Shown: one piece after another, positions 34,351 through 44,009 of the stretch | Layout of the letters: the number at the start of each line of letters is the position of its first letter | Position numbering within the stretch: the first letter of the stretch is position 1 | Source: Candidatus Jordarchaeia archaeon | GTDB lineage: Archaea > Asgardarchaeota > Jordiarchaeia > Jordiarchaeales > Jordiarchaeaceae | DNA length: 64,000 nucleotides | NCBI GenBank assembly: GCA_029856435.1 | Contig: JAHQXB010000063.1 | Location: forward strand, 7,609-71,608 | Direction of reading: 5' to 3' | Made by a program: the position numbers and the translations under genes | The notes under the pieces: model-generated | What the model was told of the DNA's origin: nothing | What the model saw: only the letters and a program-made list of their open reading frames with translations | Databases searched by the model: none

Positions 34351-35211
34351 TCAAAAAAACTGAACGCCATAAATTTTTTCTGGAAGTTCCTTGTTAACTT
34401 TCCAAAGTCTATCCTTTAAATCTTCTTGCTTTCTTAATTGATTTACCAACTTGGGTACAGATTTTGGTCCCAGTACCGCCCCTGGCCTCTTGGGATCGTC
34501 AAGGTAATCAGTTTCGAGGAGGAAGCGGTCTCCCTCCTTAAACGCAGCTTCGACATTTTTCCTAGATGCAATTAGGGAGGGAAAAATTTTTTCGCGTTCA
34601 CAAATTTTAATTAGCGGTGGACAAAAATGCTTTATTACCCTACAGGGGCTCAAGTTAGATTTTCGTATCATGCCAGATAATTCAATTATTTCCTTTTCGC
34701 CCACACTTTCTGTATGAAGCTGTACCGCGCACCCACAGTCTCTTGCCCTTCCAAGAGCGTAAAGTAATATTTCATTTGAGACTTCCCAAATTTCGGGACT
34801 TACCTGATAATGGGGCCGCCCCACCTCCCCAATGGCTATCGCTCTCCCCTCCTCAATCCACTTTACCGCTATGTCCAAACCAGCACACATAAGCTCCTTG
34901 GCTTTTTTTATTTCCATTCCTCTGTTTAACATCTGTGTCAGTTCAGCTGGGTGAACTCCTATAACACCATAGGCATAAATATTGAAAGCCCTAATTTTTT
35001 CCACGCAATCAGAAACATAACTGTAACAGGTTTCATAATCGGAAGGCTTTGAAACAGTTACTCCATAGCTCCATGAAGGGAGACAAACTATAATTAGAGC
35101 TGTACCCCCCGCTCTCTTGAATTCTTTTCCAATGTTTACAGGTCCAAGTCCTTTAAATGGATTAATGTGCATATGGTTATCCGTGGCGGGAAAACTTTGC
35201 ATATTAATCAC
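34351..35211 (-). CDS. TatD-family metal-dependent hydrolase
   Basis: DNHMHIN at the N-terminus, IGEVGRPHY, VQLHTES and a C-terminal ETDYLDD, consistent with the TatD/amidohydrolase fold. Confidence 0.7.
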   Translation of the reverse strand: MINMQSFPATDNHMHINPFKGLGPVNIGKEFKRAGGTALIIVCLPSWSYGVTVSKPSDYETCYSYVSDCVEKIRAFNIYAYGVIGVHPAELTQMLNRGMEIKKAKELMCAGLDIAVKWIEEGRAIAIGEVGRPHYQVSPEIWEVSNEILLYALGRARDCGCAVQLHTESVGEKEIIELSGMIRKSNLSPCRVIKHFCPPLIKICEREKIFPSLIASRKNVEAAFKEGDRFLLETDYLDDPKRPGAVLGPKSVPKLVNQLRKQEDLKDRLWKVNKELPEKIYGVQFF

Positions 35212-35439
35212 ACACAGCTAATTCTCTTGAAAATAGTAGGGTGAGAAAATTTAATATTTGTTATTTATCAGCATTTTTTACCAAACGTTTAAAACAGCCC
35301 TGTCTCATCGTTCTGATAATGAGAACATAATTCTGAAGAAACATTTTTACATATGGGAATGTTTGTTCCAAAAGGTTCTTAAGAAAAATTATTGTTGCTA
35401 CCTAAAATAAGGTGACTTATTTGTTCGAGGTGGTAGAGT

Positions 35440-37449
35440 TTGAGTAGGATACTGATTACTTCCGCGTTGCCCTATGCTAATGGTGACCTTCACATAGGAC
35501 ATGTTTCCAGCACATATATTCCCGCTGACGCTTATGCAAGATTTTGCAGATTAAAAAAACACGACGTAGTTTTTGTATGTGGAAGCGACGACCACGGGAC
35601 TCCAATTTCAGTTGCAGCACGCGAAGCAGGGCGCACACCCCTCGAACATATCGATTATTATCGCGAGAGACAACTAAATGATCTTAAAGCATTAAACATA
35701 AGTTTTGATAACTATTATAAAACTCACAGCGAAGAAAACCGGGAAATAACAGAATACTTTCTCCTAAAACTAAGAGAAAAGGGCTACATCTACCAGAAAG
35801 AAGTTGAAGAATTCTACTGCGAGAGGGACAAAACCTATCTTCCCGACAGAATGATAAAAGGCACCTGCCCCCACTGCGGAGCAGAAGACCAGTATAGTGA
35901 CGCCTGTGAAGTTTGTGGAAGAACAATTGAGCCGGGAGAAATACTTAAACCCTACTGCATCCTGTGTGGTGAACCTCCAGTAACCAGAAGGGAAAAACAT
36001 TTCATATTCAAGCTAAGTGTGTTCTCTGACAGATTATACCAATGGTTAACATCGGACAAAACGGGTAAGAACTTTCCCAAAGATGTTATAAACTATGTTG
36101 TTCAATGGATAAAATCGGGGCTCCAAGACTGGGACATCACTCGGGAGGATTACTGGGGATTCAAATTACCATACCCTGACGCAAAGGAGAACCAGTACGT
36201 CTATGTCTGGTTCGATGCACCCATAGGGTATATAGCCTCCACAATTAATTGGAGTAGAAAAAACAAAGCAAACTGGGAGGACTACTGGAAGAGGGAGGAT
36301 AGCTTCATCACACATTTCATTGGTAAGGATATAATATACCACCACTTTCTTTTCTGGCCAGCCATGCTTATGGGAACCGAGGAAATAACGCTCCCCAAAA
36401 AGTATGTGGTGAACGGATACCTCACCCTCGAAGGTTTAAAGATGAGCAAAAGCCGAAAATGGCTAATTCCCCTAAACTACATTTTGCAAAGATACCCGGC
36501 AGATTATGTGAGATTTTATCTGGCCTTCAAAGCCGCAAACACCATAAAGGACAATAACTTCAGCTGGGAAGAATTTCAAGAAAGAATAAACGGAGACCTT
36601 GTGGACAACATTGGAAACTTCATCCACCGAATCCTGCACTTCATCAACAACCGATACAACAGCAAAATACCAGAACCCTCAGATTTCGACGAACAGGACA
36701 GGGAATTTATCCAATTAATTAAAACCGCCCCTGACGAACTCGCCACATACTATGAAGAATGCGACCTCTCAAAAGCCATCAAAAGAATAATCGAACTCTT
36801 CAAATTCGCCAATAGTTACTTCTCAGCAAAAGAGCCCTGGAAAGCCATAAAGGAAAAACCCAAACAAGCCAAAAACACGCTCTACCTTTGCGCCAACTTC
36901 CTGCTCTCAGCATCTATACTCCTATATCCAATAGTACCCCAATCAGCAGAAAAACTCCAAGAACTACTAAAAATAAAACCAGAAAATTGGGACACCGCAA
37001 AAGAGTTCCTACTAAAACCCGAACACCAAATCCAAAAAGCAGAACCGCTATTCGAGAAAATCCCAAAAGAAGAAATAATAAAAGAAATAGAAACATTAAA
37101 ACAACAAACAGAACAAGCAGGAAAAAAGGTAGAAGTCGACATCAGCGAATTCGACAAACTGGACATAAGAATAGGGGAAATAATCTCCGCAAAACAACTA
37201 CAAGGAGACCTAACACACATAATCGTCAAAACAGAGCCCAACAAACAATTAAACATAATAGGCAAACTAGGAAAAAACTACAAACCCCAAGAATTAAACG
37301 GTAAAAAAGTAACAGTGATAACAAATCTTAAACCCAAAAAGATCCAAGGAATACTATCAGAAGGCATGCTCCTAGCAGCCATAGACGGAGAAAAAATATC
37401 ACTACTAGTACCAGACAAGGACGTTGAAACAGGAAGCAAAGTCAAATAA
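35440..37449 (+). CDS. metG: Methionyl-tRNA synthetase with a C-terminal tRNA-binding (Trbp111/EMAP-like) domain
   Basis: TTG start. PYANGDLHIGH (HIGH), a zinc knuckle CPHCG...CEVCG, KMSKS, and a C-terminal OB domain (LDIRIGEIISAK...). Confidence 0.95.
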   Translation: MSRILITSALPYANGDLHIGHVSSTYIPADAYARFCRLKKHDVVFVCGSDDHGTPISVAAREAGRTPLEHIDYYRERQLNDLKALNISFDNYYKTHSEENREITEYFLLKLREKGYIYQKEVEEFYCERDKTYLPDRMIKGTCPHCGAEDQYSDACEVCGRTIEPGEILKPYCILCGEPPVTRREKHFIFKLSVFSDRLYQWLTSDKTGKNFPKDVINYVVQWIKSGLQDWDITREDYWGFKLPYPDAKENQYVYVWFDAPIGYIASTINWSRKNKANWEDYWKREDSFITHFIGKDIIYHHFLFWPAMLMGTEEITLPKKYVVNGYLTLEGLKMSKSRKWLIPLNYILQRYPADYVRFYLAFKAANTIKDNNFSWEEFQERINGDLVDNIGNFIHRILHFINNRYNSKIPEPSDFDEQDREFIQLIKTAPDELATYYEECDLSKAIKRIIELFKFANSYFSAKEPWKAIKEKPKQAKNTLYLCANFLLSASILLYPIVPQSAEKLQELLKIKPENWDTAKEFLLKPEHQIQKAEPLFEKIPKEEIIKEIETLKQQTEQAGKKVEVDISEFDKLDIRIGEIISAKQLQGDLTHIIVKTEPNKQLNIIGKLGKNYKPQELNGKKVTVITNLKPKKIQGILSEGMLLAAIDGEKISLLVPDKDVETGSKVK

Positions 37450-37663
37450 CCAAAAAATTGAACCTACCAACACCTTTGCAACTGTTGTTACATGTTTAAG
37501 ATTTTACTATCTTACCTTATCTTGAGTATAATGTTGATTAGTGAAAGCATTAGAATTACTTTCTCTTCTTCTAAGCCACAAATACTCTTCTTTTAGGAAG
37601 CGCCTTTTCCCAAAAGTAGTCTTTAACACCCAGCCCAAAAGCTTGGCTTAAAGAACGCTAAAT

Positions 37664-38448
37664 TTAAAGCCACCACTGGAAAAGCAAGCACCCAGAGGTA
37701 ACAAGTATCCCCAAATTCACCCAACCCCATCGGCTTGGAGACAGGGAAATCCTCAACGTAATCTTCTCAGAATAGCTGCTTAAATTGAACTCTTCTGCAG
37801 CCCACATGGCTACTCCACGAGGCCACTCTAACAATCTCTTAACATCTTCCTCACTAGGCTCAACCATTAAAAGCATACTATTATCTAGGTAACTCTTGGA
37901 ATGGGGGTTCCCAAGGGATTCGAAGGTAGAATAGGAAATCGTAGCCGTAGATAATACGCCACGGGATTTCTACCCCCGTCCCGTAAGGAAACCATGGAAC
38001 CTATTACCACCACCCTATGGTTGTCCAGTACGGTAGATTATTAGCGACGATGTGAAAGTATGGGTCTGCTATCATTGTTCCGTTGGAGCTGCAAATTGAT
38101 ATTTTGGTCACGGTTTGGATGGTTCCGTTTATTTCCAGCTCGTACACTCTTGACTGTTGTGGTGCAGTTTTCACCATCGATTGTGACAGTGCCATTCCGC
38201 TCATACACCAATTTTCCCTGCTGTACCTTGACGTCTATGTCTTTGAACGACTCGTACACCTGCTGGGTTATGTTCTCCATTTTCAGTTCTATCTCTCGGC
38301 TTAGAAGCTGATCGAATTGTTTGAATTGTTCTAGGTACACTGGGTTCTGTTTCAGGAAGCTGAAGAAGTTGCGTTTCAAAGTTTCATTATCTGGATTGTT
38401 TTGACTCATTAACGAACCATATTCTGGAGTGTTTTTGATATTCTGCAT
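37664..38448 (-). pseudogene. Series of same-strand ORF fragments: an interrupted hypothetical gene that is either intron-containing or decayed
   Basis: The fragments are 38448-38041, 38204-38004 (+1 frame), 38000-37881 (same frame as the previous fragment, after TAATAG) and 37876-37664 (+1 frame). Removing 37854-37884 (31 nt) fuses the last two frames (...PFQELP|SEEDVKRLL...). Confidence 0.35.
37854..37884 (-). other. 31-nt stop-containing insertion (candidate mRNA intron) in a hypothetical gene
   Basis: The minus strand reads CCTAG|ATAATAGTATGCTTTTAATGGTTGAGCCTAG|TGAGG. The segment is bounded by a 5-nt repeat CCTAG. It contains TAA, TAG and TGA, and its length is 1 mod 3, which is the shift needed to join the two ORFs. 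Confidence 0.4.
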
Positions 38449-38495
38449 CTGCCATTCTCAGAATCCCTGATTTATACTGTCCTGGAATGTTTTCT

Positions 38496-38729
38496 TTAAT
38501 TCATCGACTTCTCGAGGGTGAGTGAACCATTCTCTATCCTTGCAATTGCTTCTGGGTCCAGTAAAGAATCTGCCCCCAAGTTAATCTTCTGGTTTGAAAC
38601 AAGCAGGGACATCCCAGTGTGAGGCAGTTTGGTTCTGGCAGCCTGTACACTTACTGTTGTTATGCCAATTCCTATCCCTAGTATAATTGCCGCAAAAAAC
38701 GACACAAAGAAAACTTTACTCTTGCACAT
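38496..38729 (-). CDS. Small membrane-anchored or secreted hypothetical protein
   Basis: 77-aa ORF with an N-terminal hydrophobic segment (VFFVSFFAAIILGIGIGITTV). Confidence 0.35.
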   Translation of the reverse strand: MCKSKVFFVSFFAAIILGIGIGITTVSVQAARTKLPHTGMSLLVSNQKINLGADSLLDPEAIARIENGSLTLEKSMN

Positions 38730-38985
38730 CCAAAATCCTCCAACAATTTAACTTATTATCTATAAAAAGTAGTATATACATCGGAAGTTTGGAGACACTA
38801 CACTCCTTACCAGTGAAGAGATATTGTGTTTTGAGAGATGCTCATCTTTTAAGTTTGTGAAAAAAAGAGCTATCTCAACCCCCAAAAAATAATCCTCCAG
38901 ACAATAATAGAGTGCAACCAATCTCACATAAAAAACACCAAAAAAACAACCCACACACAAACCTACAAACACACAACAACAATCA

Positions 38986-39888
38986 TCACACCCATTCCTG
39001 AAAAACAACACTGGAATAGGTATCAATAACATCTTCCATCTCAAAAATTTTCAGTAAAAATCTATTATAATGTTTAATATCCTTGACACGTACCACAGCC
39101 ATTAACCCATACTCCTCGCCTGTCCGATAAAGACTCCAAACCTCATCAAACCCACACAGATTCCTAGCCACCGAAAGATAGGCTGCGGGATCAACTCTAA
39201 TTTCTAAATAAAACTTCGCATCCAAACCAATTGCAGAAAAATCTACTTTTGCAGTATAACCGATAATTACGTCCTCACTGCGAAGTTTAGAAATTCGCCG
39301 AGAAACCACAGGTTGCGAAACACCTAACTTCTTAGCCAAATCAGTTTGGGAATAAGGCATAGAATTGGTTTGCTGCCTAAGGATACTAAGCAACTTCCAA
39401 TCAAAATCAGAAACAGGGTAATAATCGGTTTTTGAATCAGGAACAACAAAACCCGACTCCTTGAAGGTAGCCAGTATCTCCACCAAACGATACTTCTTAA
39501 ACCTAGAAACCACCATCAAACAATCAAGACCAGAAAGAAAAGAAGAAAACTCAGAAGGAGAACGAAAACGATACACCCCCAAAAGAGAATACTCACCCGA
39601 AATCCCATCCATAGACTGAATCTGGGGAATACTTAACAGACCTCTAACAATATCATACTCGTGAGGATTCGTCTTAACAAAAAGAAAAATACTACGATCA
39701 AAAAGTATCTTCAAAGGATTCAAAACTACAGTATATCCTCTCAAAACCTTCCTCTCAAATAACCGACTAATCACCTTAGCAATATGATTACGGCTCTTAC
39801 CCAGCCTCTCCGCCAAACCCTTCACACCAGCAGAAGAATCCTTCAACAAAAGATTCAAAACCGCCTCTTCTAGAGCATCTAACCGCAT
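38986..39888 (-). CDS. Tandem (duplicated) Lrp/AsnC-family transcription regulator
   Basis: There are two HTH regions (GVKGLAERLGKSRNHIAKVISRL and QTDLAKKLGVSQPVVSRRISKL), each followed by a RAM-like domain. The likely start is the ATG at 39888 (MRLDALE...). It is divergent from ahcY. Confidence 0.8.
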   Translation of the reverse strand: MRLDALEEAVLNLLLKDSSAGVKGLAERLGKSRNHIAKVISRLFERKVLRGYTVVLNPLKILFDRSIFLFVKTNPHEYDIVRGLLSIPQIQSMDGISGEYSLLGVYRFRSPSEFSSFLSGLDCLMVVSRFKKYRLVEILATFKESGFVVPDSKTDYYPVSDFDWKLLSILRQQTNSMPYSQTDLAKKLGVSQPVVSRRISKLRSEDVIIGYTAKVDFSAIGLDAKFYLEIRVDPAAYLSVARNLCGFDEVWSLYRTGEEYGLMAVVRVKDIKHYNRFLLKIFEMEDVIDTYSSVVFQEWV

Positions 39889-40003
39889 AAAAACCACACA
39901 AAACAAGCCAGTACAAAAGCAAATTATAACAAACAAAATATATAAACTTTATAAGATTACACCCACAAAAAGGAAAACAAAAACACCACAAGGGAGAAAA
40001 AGT

Positions 40004-41374
40004 ATGACACAAACGCAAAAAGGAGAAAAATTTGAAGTCAAAGACCTAAAACTAGCACCAAGCGGACGAGCAACAATTGAGTGGGCAGAATCAAGAATGC
40101 CCGTGCTCATGCAAATAAGAGAGAGGTTCCGAAAAGAAAAACCGCTTAAAAACACCATAGTAGGAGCATGCCTCCATGTAACAAAAGAAACAGCAGTTCT
40201 TGCAAAAACCCTGAAAGCTGGAGGTGCAGAAGTCTACCTCTGTGCCTCAAACCCCCTATCAACACAGGACCATGTAGCCGCCGCACTGGTAGAAGAAGGA
40301 ATAAACACATTCGCCTGGAAAGGCATGGACTACGAAGGCTACTACCGAGCAATAGCCAACGTTATTAAGGGAGAACCGAACATCACACTAGACGACGGCG
40401 CCGACCTAGTATCAACCTTAATCAAACTCAAAAGAGGAGAAACCGGCGAGGAAATCAAGGTAGTTAAGAAAATTCTTGGAAGCCGAACAGACTGGGCGGA
40501 CAAAGTATGGGCCGGAGCCGAGGAGACCACAACGGGCGTAATCCGCCTTAGAGCCATGGCAAAAGATAACGTGCTACTATACCCAATTATAGCTACAAAT
40601 GATACCCCCACAAAATGGGAAACATAAACACCCCCCGTGTTTAAGCCCAAATTTGACAACCTGTGGGGAACTGGGCAAAGCACCATAGACGGCATACTGA
40701 GAGCAACAGCAGACCTTATCGCGGGCAAAATTTTTGTAGTCGCAGGGTATGGCCATTGCGGTAGAGGCGTAGCGCTAAGAGCTAAGGGGCTAGGAGCGAG
40801 AAGAGTCATCATATGCGAGATAAATCCACATCGAGCCTTAACAGCCGCCTTAGAGGGTATGGAAGTAATGCCCATGAGGGAAGCCGCAGAGGTGGGAGAC
40901 ATTTTCGTAACCGCCACAGGATGCAAGAACGTCATAAATGCAGAACATATGAAAAAGATGAAAAACGGAGCAGTGATGTGTAACACAGGTCACTTTAATG
41001 TGGAAATAAATATACCTGACTTGGAGAAAATCAGCGTTAGCAAGAGAGAGATAAGACCACTAGTCGATGAGTACACACTGGAGGATGGAAGAAAAATCTA
41101 CCTACTAGCCCAAGGCAGGCTTGTGAATCTAGCATGTGCTGAGGGACACCCAAGCGAAGTTATGGACATGAGCTTTTCTGATCAGGCTTTAGCTGTGGAG
41201 TGGATTGTTAAGAATAGGGATAAGCTGTCTGGGATGGGTAGTGTGGTTTTGGATATTCCTGAAGAGATTGATAGGACTGTTGCAGAATTGAAGTGTAAGG
41301 CTATGGGTCTTAGATTAGATGTTTTGACCCCTGAGCAGGAAGCTTATTTGTCGGGCTGGGCTGAAGGAACCTAG
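40004..41374 (+). CDS. ahcY: S-adenosyl-L-homocysteine hydrolase, interrupted by a 30-nt in-frame insertion carrying a TAA
   Basis: Track ORFs 40004-40627 and 40637-41374 are in the same frame. Together they give a full AhcY ([17 protein letters not shown], ...[36 protein letters not shown]). Confidence 0.9.
40616..40645 (+). other. 30-nt insertion with an in-frame TAA and an internal hairpin inside ahcY (candidate mRNA intron; the junction is ambiguous by 1-2 nt)
   Basis: tgggaaacataaacaccccccgtgtttaag. Removing it gives NDTPTK-PK-FDN, which is the canonical ND..TK..FDN spacing. Helices tggg/ccca, caaa/tttg and aaacat/gtgttt, with an aag bulge, are visible. Confidence 0.55.
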
Positions 41375-41525
41375 TTTCCCTCTTCCTTTTTATTTTGCGA
41401 GGTTTTGTTGTTTTTTTGGTCTACTTACTTTATAGGTTTATGGTTTTTTTGTTGTTGCAGGGTTAAGTCTATCTTTATTGGGGATTTTGCCTCTCCAAAA
41501 ATAAAAAGTTCTAGTTAATTTGCTT

Positions 41526-41852
41526 TTAAATTAGGGATAATAGCGCTATTGGAGCGAGGTTCTGGGTTAACAATTGGTTAATTAGTTGATATAAGTAGAT
41601 TCCGAGGTATTGGGTTACTCCGCCTGAAATTTCGATGATTATAGGGATAAGGAGATGCCACTTAGAGGAAACCCCTATTAGCAGTAGGCTTATTACTATT
41701 CCTATTATGTAGGAGAGGCGGCGGTGGAAGACGGCTAGTAGTGCTAGGTTCATGATGAACATACCCACCCCAATCATTAGTAGTATACCAAAAATTGTGT
41801 TGAGCAGATTATAAGTTAAGGGGTTGGTAAGAAGCCAGTACACATTTATCAT
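41526..41852 (-). CDS. Small integral membrane protein
   Basis: 108-aa ORF, almost entirely hydrophobic (3-4 TM helices). Confidence 0.45.
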   Translation of the reverse strand: MINVYWLLTNPLTYNLLNTIFGILLMIGVGMFIMNLALLAVFHRRLSYIIGIVISLLLIGVSSKWHLLIPIIIEISGGVTQYLGIYLYQLINQLLTQNLAPIALLSLI

Positions 41853-42055
41853 AGGAATCCTCTCTATTGTATTTTTGTGTAGGAAAGGATATGAACCCCT
41901 CGAAATTTAATAGGCTGATTTCATTATTGGGGGAGGTAAGATGTATAGGAAAGTTTTAATTACGTTTTTAGGATTAAATTTTGCAGATATTTGGCGTTGA
42001 TTGTTGATTTTTGTGGTTTGGATGTTGATGTTAATGTTGATTGGAGGAGAATCTG

Positions 42056-43174
42056 ATGGATACTGAGGAAAAGGTTCAGCGTGTCTTGCGTGGCTTGAGT
42101 GAGGTTATTACTGTTGAGGATTTGCGCAATTTGTTTGAGGTAGATAACCACCCTAAGGCTTACATAGGTGTTGAGCCTTCTGGATAAACCTTTTAGGCTT
42201 TCTAGGGTTCCAGAATATTTCATTTGGGCTGGGTGGTTTGGGCCTGGAAGGTTCAGGATTTGGTTCTTTGTGATGTGGATATGCATGTTCTCGAAGCGAC
42301 TTGGCATGCTAAGATTAATGACAAGTTTGGTGGAAACATGGATACCATACACACCTGTGCAAAGTATATTGAGCACTGTTTACAAGCGTTGGGTGTAGAT
42401 ATTGGTAGGGTTCGTTTTCCAAAGGCTGAGGATCTTATGGATAGTTTGGATTATTGGGCCACAGTGATAAACATTGCTAAAAACACTACGCTGGCACGTA
42501 TTAAGAGAGCTATGAGTATTATGGGCCGCAAAGTAGACGATGCTGAATCGGATTATTCAAAAACGCTTTATCCTTGCATACAAGTGGCTGACATCTTATA
42601 TGCTGGTTTTAAGCTGTGTCTGGGTGGGACTGACCAGAGAAGAGCTCACATATTGGCGAGGGAGTTGGCTCCTAAGTTCGGCTTGGATTGGAAGCCGGTA
42701 GCGATTCACACTCCTCTCCTCATAGGCTTGGAGGGATTATCGAGGATGGAGGTTGAAGGTGTGAATGAGGATGTTTTAATGGAGGCCAAGATGTCGAAAT
42801 CCAAACCTCAAACAGCAATTTTTATACATGATAAGCCAGAGGAAATCAGGAGTAAAATCTCTGCTGCCTTTTGCCCACCTAAACAGGTAGAATTCAATCC
42901 AATAATTGAAATAAATAGGCTTCTTCTTTTTTCCAGAGAAGGTTTCATTCTTCATGTGGAACGTGAGGAAAAATTTGGAGGGGATGTAGATTTTGAGAGC
43001 TTTGATGAATTGAAATCTGCCTACAGCGCCGGTAATCTCCATCCTCTGGACTTGAAACGGGCTACTGCAGAGGCACTCATTGCACTGCTGAAAAATGTTA
43101 GACAACATTTTGAAAAGAATAGTGAAGCCCGTAACCTTTTAGAAACATTAAAAAAGGCTACAGTGACCCGGTAA
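42056..43174 (+). CDS. tyrS: Tyrosyl-tRNA synthetase (archaeal type), interrupted by a 30-nt in-frame insertion carrying three stops
   Basis: A 43-codon ORF from ATG 42056 (MDTEEKVQRVL...KAYIGVEPSG) is in the same frame as track ORF 42224-43174 (KMSKS, FGGDV, LHPLDLKRATAEALI). By memory it is collinear with M. jannaschii TyrRS. Confidence 0.9.
42185..42214 (+). other. 30-nt insertion with three in-frame stops inside tyrS (candidate mRNA intron)
   Basis: taaaccttttaggctttctagggttccaga. Removing it gives EPSG-IF-HLGW. The upstream 6 nt tctgga (42179-42184) are complementary to the last 6 nt, tccaga (42209-42214). Confidence 0.6.
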
Positions 43175-43186
43175 TAAACCTATGAC

Positions 43187-43306
43187 TTTCTCATTAATTT
43201 TTTCCTAAACCTCTTCTTAACCGGGGTTATTTAAGGCTTCTTTCCCCAAAAAAAGGTGGAAAAAACCATATTTTCTGGAAGCGAAAAGGAAAAAATTTAG
43301 TTGGAA
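43187..43306. repeat. Dispersed ~120-bp intergenic repeat, copy B, with 11-nt inverted termini
   Basis: It matches the reverse complement of 3516-3633. The internal inverted termini are aattttttcct (43196-43206) and aggaaaaaatt (43287-43297). Confidence 0.6.
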
Positions 43307-43423
43307 AATTTATAGTAGGGATACTTCCACGCAGGATCATAAGAAAACTTTATTTTGTTCGGGTTTAACATTGTGTTCAAGAGAATGTCGTTTGTTTCTC
43401 TTTGCTAGTTTGGATGGCTGATT

Positions 43424-43849
43424 ATGTCTTGTAATAATTTATATGAAGAATTGGAACGGTTGATATCAAAGCTCAGAACGATTTCTGAAAACGGTACCCC
43501 CATTGTTGTGGAGGGCTATAAAGACGAGAGAAGCCTAAGAGAACTGGGAGTTCAAGGAATAATTCTCAAGTTATCTGGAAGAAAACTCATAGAAATCGCT
43601 GAGGAACTTGCCAATTATGAGAACTTTCTGATTCTAACCGACTTTGACCGCAAAGGACAAAATATGGCGCTGCGCCTCTTGGAGTATTTAGATTACCACA
43701 AGGCGGAGTTGACGCTGAGTTTCAGGAGAAGATTTAAAAATTTAACCTCAAAAGTCACCTGCGACATAGAAGGATTAGCATCCTCATATTTCACTCTTCA
43801 AAACAAAAACAATGAAAACATGGAATTCGAAGTTGAAAAATTCTTTTAA
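43424..43849 (+). CDS. Small Toprim-domain protein (RNase M5/primase-like)
   Basis: 141-aa ORF. It has a Toprim Glu context (PIVVEGYKDERSL) and a DxD context (LILTDFDRKGQ). Confidence 0.6.
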   Translation: MSCNNLYEELERLISKLRTISENGTPIVVEGYKDERSLRELGVQGIILKLSGRKLIEIAEELANYENFLILTDFDRKGQNMALRLLEYLDYHKAELTLSFRRRFKNLTSKVTCDIEGLASSYFTLQNKNNENMEFEVEKFF

Positions 43850-44009
43850 GAATAAGTGGGAGAAAGACATAATTATATCCGAAAATACGTTAATGTTAAA
43901 AATGGCATATTATCATGCTAAAGCTTAATTAAATAAACAGTCACTCTTACCAAAACTTCAATCATTATACACCCTTATTATCTTATTTCATTATGGAGGT
44001 GACGCTTAC

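Noticed and set aside
36882-37304. ORFs 36888-37304 (plus, other frame) and 36882-37265 (minus) inside metG
   Set aside because: Their basic, low-complexity translations are caused by the A-rich Lys/Glu-coding tail of MetRS. The full-length metG ORF covers the region.
40616-40645. An intein or other protein-level insertion
   Set aside because: At 10 codons it is far too short, and it contains a stop codon.
40625-42205. Stop-codon reassignment (TAA or TAG read as sense, or pyrrolysine at TAG) as an explanation for the in-frame stops in ahcY, tyrS, E2 and get3
   Set aside because: TAA, TAG and TGA all terminate well-delimited conserved genes throughout the window. The tyrS insertion has both TAA and TAG, and the radical SAM case also needs a frame change. 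Translating the insertions would add non-conserved residues inside tight motifs.
42182-42217. T4 gene-60-like translational bypass at tyrS (GGA take-off codon followed by a stop)
   Set aside because: No matching GGA/GGN landing codon precedes the resume point (ATA TTT CAT). The codon before it is AGA. Bypass is kept only as a weak alternative. Matched-codon models do fit the 31-nt case (CCT...CCT), get3 (ACT...ACT) and the ACA-TAA-ACA site in ahcY, so it is not excluded globally.
40637-43174. Treating 40637-41374, 42224-43174 and 52381-53016 as independent genes with GTG or TTG starts, as listed in the ORF track
   Set aside because: Each lacks the essential N-terminal half of its enzyme. That half is encoded immediately upstream on the same strand. 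The listed starts fall inside conserved motifs.
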